Source of the DNA: an uncultured Sporosarcina sp.
GTDB taxonomy: Bacteria; Bacillota; Bacilli; Bacillales_A; Planococcaceae
Reading direction: 5' to 3'
NCBI GenBank assembly: GCA_948469885.1
Contig: CAOKMT010000001.1
Coordinates: 86,187-150,186 of the forward strand
DNA length: 64,000 nt
Made by a program: the position numbers and the translations under genes. Below the pieces are notes generated by a model. The model saw only the letters and a program-made list of their open reading frames with translations. It did not search any database and was not told the origin of the DNA. This document shows, one piece after another, positions 38,998 to 48,516 of the stretch. Numbering within the stretch: position 1 is the stretch's first letter; each line of letters starts with the position of its first letter.

Positions 38998-39701
38998 TGT
39001 TTTCATTACGACGGGTAAACGCGATTTTTCAAAAAGATTATAAGGAATTTTCAAGGAATATGGCTGTTTCAAGTGTGATTTTCATGCCACCGATTTTGGC
39101 AGCTATCTATGGTCGGATGGGAATTGATTCCATCGAATCTCATTATTTAATTATCAATATGACGTTCGCGATGATTACTGCTTATGTACAGTGTTGCCTA
39201 ATCGCGGAAGAGAAAGAGAAAAATACATTACGGGGTCTTATGCTGTCACCTGCAACTACTGGAGAAATTTTAAGTGGAAAAAGTTTACTTTCATTTTTAC
39301 TGACAGGCGTTGTTATCGTCATTAGTGCATTCTTGTCAGAATATAAACCGGAAAATATAACGGTTGTTGCCATTGCTATCATATTATCATCCTTTTTTTA
39401 CATCGGTTTAGGCACGTTGTTAGGTCTTTTTGCAAAATCGGTCATGGAAGCATCTGTACTTGTCATACCCGCTATGATTCTTTTTTCTTTTGGCTCGTTC
39501 ATAACCAAATTGGCAGTTCAATATCCAATTTTGAAAGTCGCCAATTACTTGCCGAATATACAGCTTATTGAGTTAGCAACGGAAGTGGAGAACGGCGCCC
39601 ATTTTGGAGATGTGCTGAGTCAATTAGCAGGTATTATCATTTGGGTGATGATCATTTGGCTTTTAACTGTTGTCACATACCGCAAGCGAATGGTGGATTA
39701 A
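38994..39701 (+). CDS. ABC-2 type permease
   Basis: EEKEKNTL..L...P motif, about 6 TM; overlaps ATPase stop. Confidence 0.88.
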   Translation: MMFSLRRVNAIFQKDYKEFSRNMAVSSVIFMPPILAAIYGRMGIDSIESHYLIINMTFAMITAYVQCCLIAEEKEKNTLRGLMLSPATTGEILSGKSLLSFLLTGVVIVISAFLSEYKPENITVVAIAIILSSFFYIGLGTLLGLFAKSVMEASVLVIPAMILFSFGSFITKLAVQYPILKVANYLPNIQLIELATEVENGAHFGDVLSQLAGIIIWVMIIWLLTVVTYRKRMVD

Positions 39702-39717
39702 GGGAGGGGTGTTTGTT

Positions 39718-39786
39718 ATGAGGAAAATTGTTCAAGTACTAGTTGGGGTTGCGCTTGGTATTGGTGTCATTCTTTTATTCCGATAA
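39718..39786 (+). CDS. 22-aa hydrophobic micropeptide (not in ORF track)
   Basis: GGGAGGGG RBS; MRKIVQVLVGVALGIGVILLFR; lies before operon terminator. Confidence 0.5.
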   Translation: MRKIVQVLVGVALGIGVILLFR

Positions 39787-39835
39787 CCGCACCATTGTAG
39801 TTATCGTATCAGGGGATAATCATCTAGGATGAATT

Positions 39836-39876
39836 AAAATGCCATCTGCGCAACTGTGCGCAGATGGTTTGTTTTA
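39836..39876. terminator. Bidirectional terminator
   Basis: CCATCTGCGCA / TGCGCAGATGG between convergent genes. Confidence 0.7.
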
Positions 39877-41040
39877 CTTGTATAACAATTCGTCCAGTTC
39901 TTTTTCAAGAAACGGCTTGGCGTTCAATAAGTTACGGAAGGCTTCATAACGCGAATACTCATCTGCAGACGATTTTCGGCCGGTTTTGTACGCACGGATC
40001 AAGATATTTTTCGGCGTATGTTCCATATCGATGAATTCAAGCAGTTGCGCTTCATAGCCGACGAGCGATAATAGCTCCGCGCGGATTGAATCTGTCGCAA
40101 GGGCGGAGAACCGCTCTTTGATCAGACCGTGTTGAAGCATGACATCAAGCGCTGGTGAGTCGATTTGACCGAACAGTTCATGCTGACAACAAGGCACACT
40201 TAAAATGACATTGGCGCCCCATTTCACCGCACGGGCAAGCGCCATATCCGTTGCCACATCACAGGCATGCAATGTGACGACCATATCGACAGACGTTTCT
40301 TCGTTATAATCGTTAATATCACCAACGAGGAATTCCAAGTCCGCATAGCCAAGATCTTTCGCGATGGTATTACATTCCTCAATGACTTCTTGCTTTAAGT
40401 CGAGCCCTGTCACCTGAATATTAAGTCCTTTTTCTATCCGTAAATAATGATAGAGGGCAAACGTCAAATACGATTTGCCGGAACCGAAGTCGAGTATGCG
40501 GATCGTTCGGTCTTTGGGTAAATGGTCAAGGGCGTCGTCAATGAATTCGACGAATCGGTTAATTTGCCTAAACTTATCTTGACGTTGTTTTTTCACTTTG
40601 CCGTCTGGTGTTTGTACCCCGAGTCGGACGAGGAATGGATATGGGACATCCTCTTCCAATAAATAATTTTTTTTTCGGTTATGTGATAAATCAACAACTT
40701 TTTCTGAAGTGGTTTGCTTCGCTTTCCACATGACTTTAAATTTCTTAGAAATTTGTATATGGATATTTTCATTTGAAAACTCCGCATGTACTTGGCGAAA
40801 ACGTTCGAGTAGTTCTGTGAGCTTTGCATGGATATCATCGATAGAGATATTTTCGTGATTCAAGATGCGCTCGTATTGGTATTCGAATTGGATGTGTAAT
40901 TCGCCTCGCAATTCAACAGGCTTTAGACGAACGCGTTTTAGTTCGTCGGATTTCATGCGTGGTTGGCTGATTGTGCCAGAGATGAATAAGCCGCTCTTCA
41001 ATCGAGTTGCAAGCGCCTCAAGTAAGTCTTCAAAATCCAT
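39874..41040 (-). CDS. Class I SAM-dependent methyltransferase
   Basis: KFRQINRF, LDFGSGKSYL, LHACD.ATD, PCCQH, HTPKN. Confidence 0.85.
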   Translation of the reverse strand: MDFEDLLEALATRLKSGLFISGTISQPRMKSDELKRVRLKPVELRGELHIQFEYQYERILNHENISIDDIHAKLTELLERFRQVHAEFSNENIHIQISKKFKVMWKAKQTTSEKVVDLSHNRKKNYLLEEDVPYPFLVRLGVQTPDGKVKKQRQDKFRQINRFVEFIDDALDHLPKDRTIRILDFGSGKSYLTFALYHYLRIEKGLNIQVTGLDLKQEVIEECNTIAKDLGYADLEFLVGDINDYNEETSVDMVVTLHACDVATDMALARAVKWGANVILSVPCCQHELFGQIDSPALDVMLQHGLIKERFSALATDSIRAELLSLVGYEAQLLEFIDMEHTPKNILIRAYKTGRKSSADEYSRYEAFRNLLNAKPFLEKELDELLYK

Positions 41041-41213
41041 TGTATTCTCTCCCGTTCGTTCACATTGATATACTCAACATTTTACACTGTTTTGAGGACA
41101 CTTCCATTGAAAAGCTATCGTTCCCCAAGTGTCCAACACATTTCATAACAACCACGGCTTTAAATAAAAAACGCCGAAGGAGAAATTTTCCTTCGACGCT
41201 TTATGATATTCGA

Positions 41214-41945
41214 TTAATTGAATTCAAATCCTTTTTTACGCATAAATTCTTTCATATGGGTACGTCTTGGATTTTCCAAGAAGTCCGCCATATCTCCTGA
41301 CCATGTCGCTTCCTTTTGATTGGTGGACCGACTTGTATAATAAGCTTGCATCGTTTTGTCATAGGCTGGAAGCAGCTCATCATATTTTTCAACATCATAA
41401 CTGTTTTCATGAAGAACCGCATCCAATGGCAAGCGAGGTTTTACTTCGTTTGCTTCGTCGGGTACGCCGATTGACATGCCGAATACAGGGACGACACCTT
41501 TCGGAAGACCTAGGACATCGCCGATTTCTTGAGGAGCGTTCCGAACGCCACCGATATAGCAAATTCCGTATCCTTTTGATTCTGCCGCGATGGCGACATT
41601 TTGAGCGAACAGACCCACATCAATCGCACCGACGAGAACGTTCTCGGCTACAGAATAGTCAATTGTGCGATCGAGCAGTTTTGCGGCATGTTCCAGTCTG
41701 TAATAGTCGATACAGAAAACGAGCACTGCGCCTGCTGTATAAAATTGACGGCGATTTTTCGACAGTTCGGCAAGTTGACCGCGTTTCTCGGTATCCGTCA
41801 CATGGACGACGGAATAAGATTGAACAAAATGGGAGCTTGCTGCGTGTTGTCCGGCACGTACCAGTTCTTCGACGACTTCTTTTGAAATCGGTTCGTCTTT
41901 ATACCTCCTGACGGAAGCGTGTTTTGTTAATAAATCAATGACCAT
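41214..41945 (-). CDS. nfsA: NADPH-flavin oxidoreductase/nitroreductase NfsA/NfrA
   Basis: HASVRRY, AASSHFVQ, GICYIGG.RN, KPRLP. Confidence 0.88.
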   Translation of the reverse strand: MVIDLLTKHASVRRYKDEPISKEVVEELVRAGQHAASSHFVQSYSVVHVTDTEKRGQLAELSKNRRQFYTAGAVLVFCIDYYRLEHAAKLLDRTIDYSVAENVLVGAIDVGLFAQNVAIAAESKGYGICYIGGVRNAPQEIGDVLGLPKGVVPVFGMSIGVPDEANEVKPRLPLDAVLHENSYDVEKYDELLPAYDKTMQAYYTSRSTNQKEATWSGDMADFLENPRRTHMKEFMRKKGFEFN

Positions 41946-42045
41946 GGAATCCCTCCTGAGATAATTGCAAATAGTTCTATAATTTAAGGATACCAGACAT
42001 GAATCGTGTTAAACTACTAAAAAAGCTTAGAAAGGTGTGGAAGCT

Positions 42046-43608
42046 ATGTTTTGGCTTGAGAGTCTTTCGATTACAGCGATTTTATTTATTGTATTTCTTG
42101 TCATCATTCCCCTCAGTATTGTTATTTACCTCTATTACTATGATCGTCGGCAAAAGCAACATGCCATTCTTCGAAACTATCCCATTTTAGGCCGTATGCG
42201 CTATATGCTTGAAAAAACAGGCCCAGAGCTACGGCAATATTTATTCAATGACGATAATGACGGTGAACCGTTTAATCGCGAAGAGTATTTGCATATGGTA
42301 TTACCTGGAAAGTATTTGAATAGTGTCATCGGTTTCGGATCGAAACGGGATTTTCAAGAAGCGGGGTACTTTATTCGCAATGCGATGTTTACGAAACAGA
42401 ACGAAGAAATGCGCGTCGATAATGAAACGCTCGTTGAGACGATGCGCTATGTCGTTGACGCGGATAATTTGTTTGCTCGTCAAGAACATCGAGAGGAGAT
42501 CCCGGCAATGCCATGGTTATTGCCGGAAGAAGATGCAATTGTCATCGGCCCAGATTGCGCTCAACCGTTTTACGTCCGAAGTTTACTTGGCCAATCTGGG
42601 ATGAGTTACGGGGCACTTGGCGAAAATGCAATTACCGCATTATCGAAAGGGATCGGTATGGCAAAAGGGGCATGGATGAACACAGGAGAAGGCGGGCTTT
42701 CCCCCTACCATTTGGCAGGCGGTGCTGATATTATCGCACAAATCGGGTCGGGGCTTTTCGGGTTTCGTACGGAAGACGGGGAATTTAGTTGGGAGCGATT
42801 ACGAGAAAAGGCGGAAATACCCGAAGTGAAAGCATTTGAAATCAAACTGGCACAAGGAGCGAAAATGCGAGGCGGGCATGTGGAGGGGCAGAAAGTGACC
42901 GAGGAGATTGCTGCAATTCGAGGCGTCGTACCGTATACGACGATTAATAGTCCGAACCGCTTTCATCAGTTTGAAGATTACCCGACGCTCTTTCAATTTA
43001 TAGATAAAATACGGGATCATACCGGAAAACCAGTCGGTATGAAGATTGTGATCGGCAGTCAACAAGATGCAGAAGAACTTGCCGCTTTCATGCATGAGAC
43101 AGGGGGAGGTCCTGATTTCATTTCACTCGACGGGGCGGAAGGCGGTTCTGGTGCAACCTATCAAGATTTGGCGGATAGTGTCGGTTTGCCTTTACACTCA
43201 TCCATTATTTTGCTAGACGATGCATTGCGGAAATATGAAGTACGAGATCGAGTGAAAGTCATTGCTTCAGGAAAAATTACAACGCCCGATCGTGCTGCCA
43301 TTGTGTTGGCTATGGGTGCGGATCTCGTTCAAATCGCACGTGGCTTCATGATTTCAGTTGGCTGTATTATGGCGGAGCGATGTCATACGAATGAATGCCC
43401 GGCAGGTGTTGCGACAACGGATAAAAAATTGCAACAAGGACTTGTCGTGGAAGAAAAGAAGTTTCGGGTGACAAATTATATATTAACGATGCGGGAAGGT
43501 CTATTCAGAATTGCAGCGGCGGCAGGGCTTGACTCGCCGACAAAACTGGATCGGCATCATATCATCTACAAGGATGAACGGGGGCGTGTTTTCCCGGTAG
43601 ATTCATAA
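42046..43608 (+). CDS. yerD: FMN-binding glutamate-synthase-family protein (YerD-like)
   Basis: MSYGAL, NTGEGG, EIKLAQGAK, DGAEGGSGA, GCIMAERCHTNECPAG Fe-S motif. Confidence 0.85.
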   Translation: MFWLESLSITAILFIVFLVIIPLSIVIYLYYYDRRQKQHAILRNYPILGRMRYMLEKTGPELRQYLFNDDNDGEPFNREEYLHMVLPGKYLNSVIGFGSKRDFQEAGYFIRNAMFTKQNEEMRVDNETLVETMRYVVDADNLFARQEHREEIPAMPWLLPEEDAIVIGPDCAQPFYVRSLLGQSGMSYGALGENAITALSKGIGMAKGAWMNTGEGGLSPYHLAGGADIIAQIGSGLFGFRTEDGEFSWERLREKAEIPEVKAFEIKLAQGAKMRGGHVEGQKVTEEIAAIRGVVPYTTINSPNRFHQFEDYPTLFQFIDKIRDHTGKPVGMKIVIGSQQDAEELAAFMHETGGGPDFISLDGAEGGSGATYQDLADSVGLPLHSSIILLDDALRKYEVRDRVKVIASGKITTPDRAAIVLAMGADLVQIARGFMISVGCIMAERCHTNECPAGVATTDKKLQQGLVVEEKKFRVTNYILTMREGLFRIAAAAGLDSPTKLDRHHIIYKDERGRVFPVDS

Positions 43609-43633
43609 TGCTGCGCCATCACTTGGTATTGGC

Positions 43634-43670
43634 AAAAAGCGTATTCCAGATAACCGGAATACGCTTTTTT
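43634..43670. terminator. Bidirectional terminator
   Basis: AAAAAGCGTATTCC / GGAATACGCTTTTT. Confidence 0.8.
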
Positions 43671-44035
43671 TATTCGTACAAAGTTTGCTCAATGGAGCCG
43701 TCTTCATGGTAAACTGCCAAAACACCATTTTTGTCATTGACATAAGGCTTTGCTTTGTCCAATAAATTCTTTTTTGTATGTTCTTTGAAAATAGCTTTTT
43801 CTCCATCTTTTTTTATTAAAACCCAATCGTCTTTCCGTGGCTTTACTTCGTAATGTGGCCGGTTGTCATCCGTTCCGTGGACATATTCCCTTGCTTGAGT
43901 CGTTGAAATAGAAATAGCGCGGCTTTCCTCGTAACCTTCCCGGAGTAAGGCATTGGCAATTTCAATCGCTTTTTGACGGACTTCCGGTTCAAGGTTTTTA
44001 AAGGAATCCGGGTAATCATTTTTGTTCCATGGCAT
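43670..44035 (-). CDS. YdaT/DUF2188-like general stress protein
   Basis: MPW...DYP.S.KNL....R.KAIEIANALL. Confidence 0.8.
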   Translation of the reverse strand: MPWNKNDYPDSFKNLEPEVRQKAIEIANALLREGYEESRAISISTTQAREYVHGTDDNRPHYEVKPRKDDWVLIKKDGEKAIFKEHTKKNLLDKAKPYVNDKNGVLAVYHEDGSIEQTLYE

Positions 44036-44060
44036 AGGAAATCAACTCCTTCGCTATACC

Positions 44061-44085
44061 ATTCCCGCAACGGGAGGCGATAAAC
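44061..44085 (-). promoter_or_regulatory. SigB-type promoter
   Basis: Minus strand GTTTAT-13 bp-GGGAAT upstream of YdaT-like gene. Confidence 0.7.
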
Positions 44086-44092
44086 TTTAACG

Positions 44093-44563
44093 TTAAGGTG
44101 TTTTATGCAACCGGTTCCATTCCTGGAAAGGGGAGAGAGCACTTTCTGTCTTGATATGGATAAAAGGAACTTCCCTTTTATCAGGATCTTCGTTCTGATC
44201 AGTGAAATAGCGAGCTAACGGATTTGCGTACCCAGCGCCGCTGTCAGCTTCTGCTTTACTACATGCATAATAGATTTCACCAACAGTTGACCAGTAAGCG
44301 GCGCCTAGACACATCGGACAAGGTTCCCCACTTGCATACAGAACGCAATCCGACAGATCCACCGATTCGAGTGTTGCACATGCTTCCCTGATCGCCAGAA
44401 GTTCAGCATGGGCGGAAGGGTCGTTTTGAAGGTGGACAAGATTTGTACCGCTCCCAATGATTTTCCCGTCTTTGACAACTATTGCCGCAAAAGGTCCTCC
44501 GCCTTTTTTGACGTTTTCCACGGCCATCTCAACCGTTTTGGTTAGCCAATTCTCATGTGTCAA
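44093..44563 (-). CDS. guaD: Guanine deaminase (CDA fold)
   Basis: GGPFAA, DPSAHAE, EPCPMCLGA. Confidence 0.85.
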   Translation of the reverse strand: MTHENWLTKTVEMAVENVKKGGGPFAAIVVKDGKIIGSGTNLVHLQNDPSAHAELLAIREACATLESVDLSDCVLYASGEPCPMCLGAAYWSTVGEIYYACSKAEADSGAGYANPLARYFTDQNEDPDKREVPFIHIKTESALSPFQEWNRLHKTP

Positions 44564-44734
44564 TGAAAACTCCTCCTTGTCGAAAATGAATGATTCCCCG
44601 GGGAATTTCCCGGGAAATGGTAGGTGTTTGTCGTTCCAATTTTATCATACCAGGAATTTCGACAGGATTTCAGAAAAAGAGAGTTGCTTTTCTTAAAAGT
44701 GGTATACTAATATAAGTTGTAAGGAGGGATTCTG

Positions 44735-46216
44735 GTGTCCAATGATATGTATCAACTCGTTTCAATCGTTATATATATGGCGATTATGGTGTTCATCGGA
44801 TGGTATGCATTTAAACGTACATCCAATTTAACGGACTACATGCTCGGTGGGCGTTCACTGGGACCGGCTGTAACAGCGTTAAGTGCAGGCGCCGCGGACA
44901 TGTCTGGATGGTTGCTTATGGGATTGCCCGGGGCGATCTACTTAAACGGTCTTGTGGAAGCTTGGATTGCCGTCGGACTGACAGTCGGCGCATATTTAAA
45001 TTATGTTCTTGTTGCCCCACGTCTTCGTGTCTATACGCAAGTGGCGGGTGATTCCATTACGATTCCAAGCTTCTTGGAAAGTCGTTTGAAAGGAAAATCA
45101 CGTCTATTACGTATAACAACGAGTATTATTATTCTTATTTTCTTCACGTTTTATGCCTCTTCTGGGATGGTTGCGGGTGGAAAATTTTTCCACAGTTCCT
45201 TTGGGCTTGATTATCACGTTGGACTTTTAATTGTATCTGCTGTTGTTATTTTCTATACTTTGTTTGGCGGCTTTCTAGCGGTTAGTTATACGGATGTCGT
45301 TCAAGGAATTGTGATGTTTTTTGCGCTCCTGCTCGTCCCGATCTTTGGGGTGTTTATGACAGGTGGTTTTTCAGAAACAGCAACGAGTATTCGGGAAGTC
45401 AATCCAGAATTGCTAAATTTCGTTTCGGGTGCTACTTTCCTTGGTATTTTGTCAGCGGTTGCATGGGGGCTTGGTTACTTCGGACAGCCGCATATTATTG
45501 TACGTTTCATGGCGATCAGCTCGGTTAAAGAAGTGAAAAGCGCCCGTCGGATCGGAATCGGCTGGATGTTCCTTAGCCTTTTTGGCGCTGTTGCGACAGC
45601 ACTTGTCGGGATTGCTTACTTCCATCAAAATACTGCGACGCTCGATGATGCGGAAACGGTCTTTATTGTACTTGGACAAATCATTTTCCATCCGCTTATC
45701 GCAGGGATCATGCTTGCCGCAATTCTGGCTGCGGTGATGAGTACGATTTCTTCCCAACTAATCGTCACCTCATCGGCACTCGTGGAAGACTTGTATAAAG
45801 CGGTTATTAAGACAGATGCTTCCGACAAACAATATGTGTTTTTAGGAAGAATGGCTGTCTTGATCGTATCGGTCATCGCGATTATACTCGCATGGCCGAA
45901 TAATGAGTCTATCTTAAAGATCGTGTCATTTTCGTGGGCAGGATTCGGCGCTTCGTTCGGCCCGATCATATTACTTTCTTTATATTGGAGAAAAATCACG
46001 TCATCAGGTGCGTTGTGGGGGATGATTACAGGTGCAATCACAGTTCTCATATGGGGAAATGTGAAAATCCTGTCGGATACGCTCTATGAAATTGTTCCAG
46101 GTTTCATCATTTGTCTGGCTGTTGCGTACTTTGTAAGTATCGCTACCTATAAACCGAACGCGGAAATTGATGCAGAATTTACAGAAGCGGTTGAAACGCT
46201 TAAAAGAGAAAGATGA
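44735..46216 (+). CDS. putP: Sodium/proline symporter
   Basis: DYMLGGRSLG, ADMSGWLLMGLPG, GYFGQPHI..RFMA, MSTISSQL. Confidence 0.92.
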   Translation: MSNDMYQLVSIVIYMAIMVFIGWYAFKRTSNLTDYMLGGRSLGPAVTALSAGAADMSGWLLMGLPGAIYLNGLVEAWIAVGLTVGAYLNYVLVAPRLRVYTQVAGDSITIPSFLESRLKGKSRLLRITTSIIILIFFTFYASSGMVAGGKFFHSSFGLDYHVGLLIVSAVVIFYTLFGGFLAVSYTDVVQGIVMFFALLLVPIFGVFMTGGFSETATSIREVNPELLNFVSGATFLGILSAVAWGLGYFGQPHIIVRFMAISSVKEVKSARRIGIGWMFLSLFGAVATALVGIAYFHQNTATLDDAETVFIVLGQIIFHPLIAGIMLAAILAAVMSTISSQLIVTSSALVEDLYKAVIKTDASDKQYVFLGRMAVLIVSVIAIILAWPNNESILKIVSFSWAGFGASFGPIILLSLYWRKITSSGALWGMITGAITVLIWGNVKILSDTLYEIVPGFIICLAVAYFVSIATYKPNAEIDAEFTEAVETLKRER

Positions 46217-46358
46217 TTAAGAGCCTGTGGCGTATGCTGCAGGCTTTTTTAGAAATAGGATCTGTTAAATTTTCATTGATACTTTTTGTGTCCGCTTGGA
46301 GCGGAAGTCAACAGGTTCGTTTTAACAGGTTCTAGAAATAACGAAAAGAGGGATTGAG

Positions 46359-47057
46359 ATGAAGCTTGATCATGTTGTTTATTTCACAGAGAAGGCGCCG
46401 GAAGAAGTTGTATTGGAACAGCAACGGAATGGAAATGTCGCCGTTGTTGGCGGGCGCCACGAGAAGTGGGGCACTCAAAATGCGCTCATGTATCTGAATA
46501 ATGCGTATATCGAATGGTTGTCCGTCGAAAAGCGAGAAATCGCTGAACAGGCGCGTCATCCGTTAGTCGATTTGTTGTTTTATGATTTGAAAGACGGTGA
46601 AGGATGGGGCACCCTTTGTTTGTCAGTCGATCATATCGGAAAATTCGAAGAGCAAGTTAAACAGCAAGGGTTCCATACGTCGGGCATACTTGAGGCACAA
46701 CGTCGAACGGCTGAAGGAAAGTTACGGAAATGGAAAATGTTATTCATCGAGCAACCGATTTCAGATGAATTGCCATACCCGTTTTTCATTGAATGGGAAG
46801 AAGCGGAGGAGGCGCGATTCTCCTTATTACGGGAGGAAGGAAGTCTTCCGCTCGCCAATGAAAAAACGAGCATAACTAACTGCATCATTCATTCCAAAGA
46901 ACCGCAAAAAGCGGCAAAGGATTGGGCGTCATTATTGGGTTGGACAATCGATAGGGATGGATCAATCACTTTACCGAACGTCGTTTTACGCTTCAAAGCG
47001 CATACGGGAGAAAAAGAAAGGCTGACGGATGTCGTCATTGCACGGTGCGACGAGTGA
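46359..47057 (+). CDS. VOC/glyoxalase-like protein
   Basis: LDHVV, GGRH..WGT.N, YIEW, PFFIEW. Confidence 0.82.
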   Translation: MKLDHVVYFTEKAPEEVVLEQQRNGNVAVVGGRHEKWGTQNALMYLNNAYIEWLSVEKREIAEQARHPLVDLLFYDLKDGEGWGTLCLSVDHIGKFEEQVKQQGFHTSGILEAQRRTAEGKLRKWKMLFIEQPISDELPYPFFIEWEEAEEARFSLLREEGSLPLANEKTSITNCIIHSKEPQKAAKDWASLLGWTIDRDGSITLPNVVLRFKAHTGEKERLTDVVIARCDE

Positions 47058-47137
47058 AATGATGACTGGGTCGTCCATCTAAAAACGGGGTATGATAAGA
47101 TGAGAGGACAAACCTTATTTTGGAAGGAGTTGGCTGT

Positions 47138-48409
47138 ATGACGGAATTGGTTGAATCAGCAGTGCTTGTCGGTGTCCATGAGCAAAATGATGAGCATTTC
47201 GAATATTCGATGGAAGAATTGAAAAACTTGGCAGAAGCGATTGATGTGGAAGTGATAGGAGAAGTGACGCAAAATTTGGAACGGCGCAATCCTTCTCATT
47301 ATGTCGGGAAAGGCAAAATTGGAGAAATTCGCCGATTTTATGAAGCGTCCAATGCGAACTTGATCATTTTCAATGATGAACTTTCGCCATCCCAAATCCG
47401 TAATTTGGAACAGGAGCTTGAATGTAAGGTGATTGACCGGACGATGCTCATTCTTGATATTTTTGCACGTCGGGCTCGTTCTAAAGAGTCGCGGATGCAA
47501 GTGGATTTGGCCCAGTTACAATATATGTTACCGAGACTTGTCGGATTAAGGGCTTCGCTTAGCAGGCAAGGTGGCGGCACTGGCGGAGGTTTTCAAAACA
47601 AGGGGGCCGGTGAGACGAAGCTTGAACTCGACCGTCGAATCATTGAAGATCAAATCGCTAAGCTGCGCCGGGACCTTGAAAGTGTCCAGCATCAGCGTGA
47701 GACCCAACGGAAGCAACGCCAAAGAAGTGGCATTCCTGTCGTTTCGCTCGTCGGTTATACAAATGCAGGAAAATCCACACTCATGAATGCGATCCTTGAT
47801 AAAATCGAGGCGCATGCGGATAAGCAAGTTTTTGAAAAGGATATGTTGTTTGCGACGCTTGATACGTCCGTGCGTCATGTGAAGTTACCGGATAATAAGG
47901 AATTCTTGTTGACAGATACGGTTGGCTTTGTTGGTAAGCTTCCACACCATTTAGTGAAGGCATTCCGTTCCACTTTAGCGGAGGCGCGCGATGCGGACTT
48001 ACTACTCCAGGTGGTGGATGTTTCGCATCCTGAGCATCCATTTATGATGGATGTGACGCATGAAACGTTAAAAGACGTCGGCGTGGAAAATGTGCCGACC
48101 CTCCATGTATTCAACAAAGCGGATCAGGCGGATGTTCCGTACCCGGTCGTTCGGGATAACAATATTTGGCTTTCTGCAAAAGAAGGGCAAGGGTTGGCTG
48201 CTTTGGTGGACTTGATTAAAGCGCATATTTTTGATAAATATATGACGTGCAAGTTGCTTATCCCCTATGATCGCGGAGATGTCGTGTCATACTTGAATGA
48301 CAAGGCAAATGTACTGAAGACCGCTTACGAAGAAGAAGGAACGATGATGACGGTTGAAATGTTGGAAGTGGACCGTGATCGTTTCGATGAGTTCATCACG
48401 AGTTATTAG
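47138..48409 (+). CDS. hflX: Ribosome-splitting GTPase HflX (HflXr-like clade)
   Basis: GYTNAGKST, LFATLD, DTVGF, NKAD; QVFEKDMLFATL.TSVR segment. Confidence 0.93.
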   Translation: MTELVESAVLVGVHEQNDEHFEYSMEELKNLAEAIDVEVIGEVTQNLERRNPSHYVGKGKIGEIRRFYEASNANLIIFNDELSPSQIRNLEQELECKVIDRTMLILDIFARRARSKESRMQVDLAQLQYMLPRLVGLRASLSRQGGGTGGGFQNKGAGETKLELDRRIIEDQIAKLRRDLESVQHQRETQRKQRQRSGIPVVSLVGYTNAGKSTLMNAILDKIEAHADKQVFEKDMLFATLDTSVRHVKLPDNKEFLLTDTVGFVGKLPHHLVKAFRSTLAEARDADLLLQVVDVSHPEHPFMMDVTHETLKDVGVENVPTLHVFNKADQADVPYPVVRDNNIWLSAKEGQGLAALVDLIKAHIFDKYMTCKLLIPYDRGDVVSYLNDKANVLKTAYEEEGTMMTVEMLEVDRDRFDEFITSY

Positions 48410-48421
48410 AAAAAGAAACAA

Positions 48422-48467
48422 AAAAGCTGCACCGCGCTGTCTTGGGGGGAGACGCGGTGCAGCTTTT
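48422..48467. terminator. Bidirectional terminator
   Basis: AAAAGCTGCACCGCG / CGCGGTGCAGCTTTT. Confidence 0.8.
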
Positions 48468-48516
48468 CTTAAGAGAAAGGGGGATTGGTCTTCAGTATAC
48501 CCGGAAAATCGATCCG

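Noticed and set aside
41267-41911. 214-aa plus-strand ORF
   Set aside because: Lies entirely antisense to nfsA, with no recognisable motifs
44594-44616. CCCGGGGAATTTC shared with 37995-38007
   Set aside because: Only 13 bp, low complexity, unrelated contexts; cannot be distinguished from chance
47059-47082. 7-codon uORF (MMTGSSI) upstream of hflX as a leader peptide
   Set aside because: No RBS, no recognisable stalling motif and no terminator/antiterminator between it and hflX
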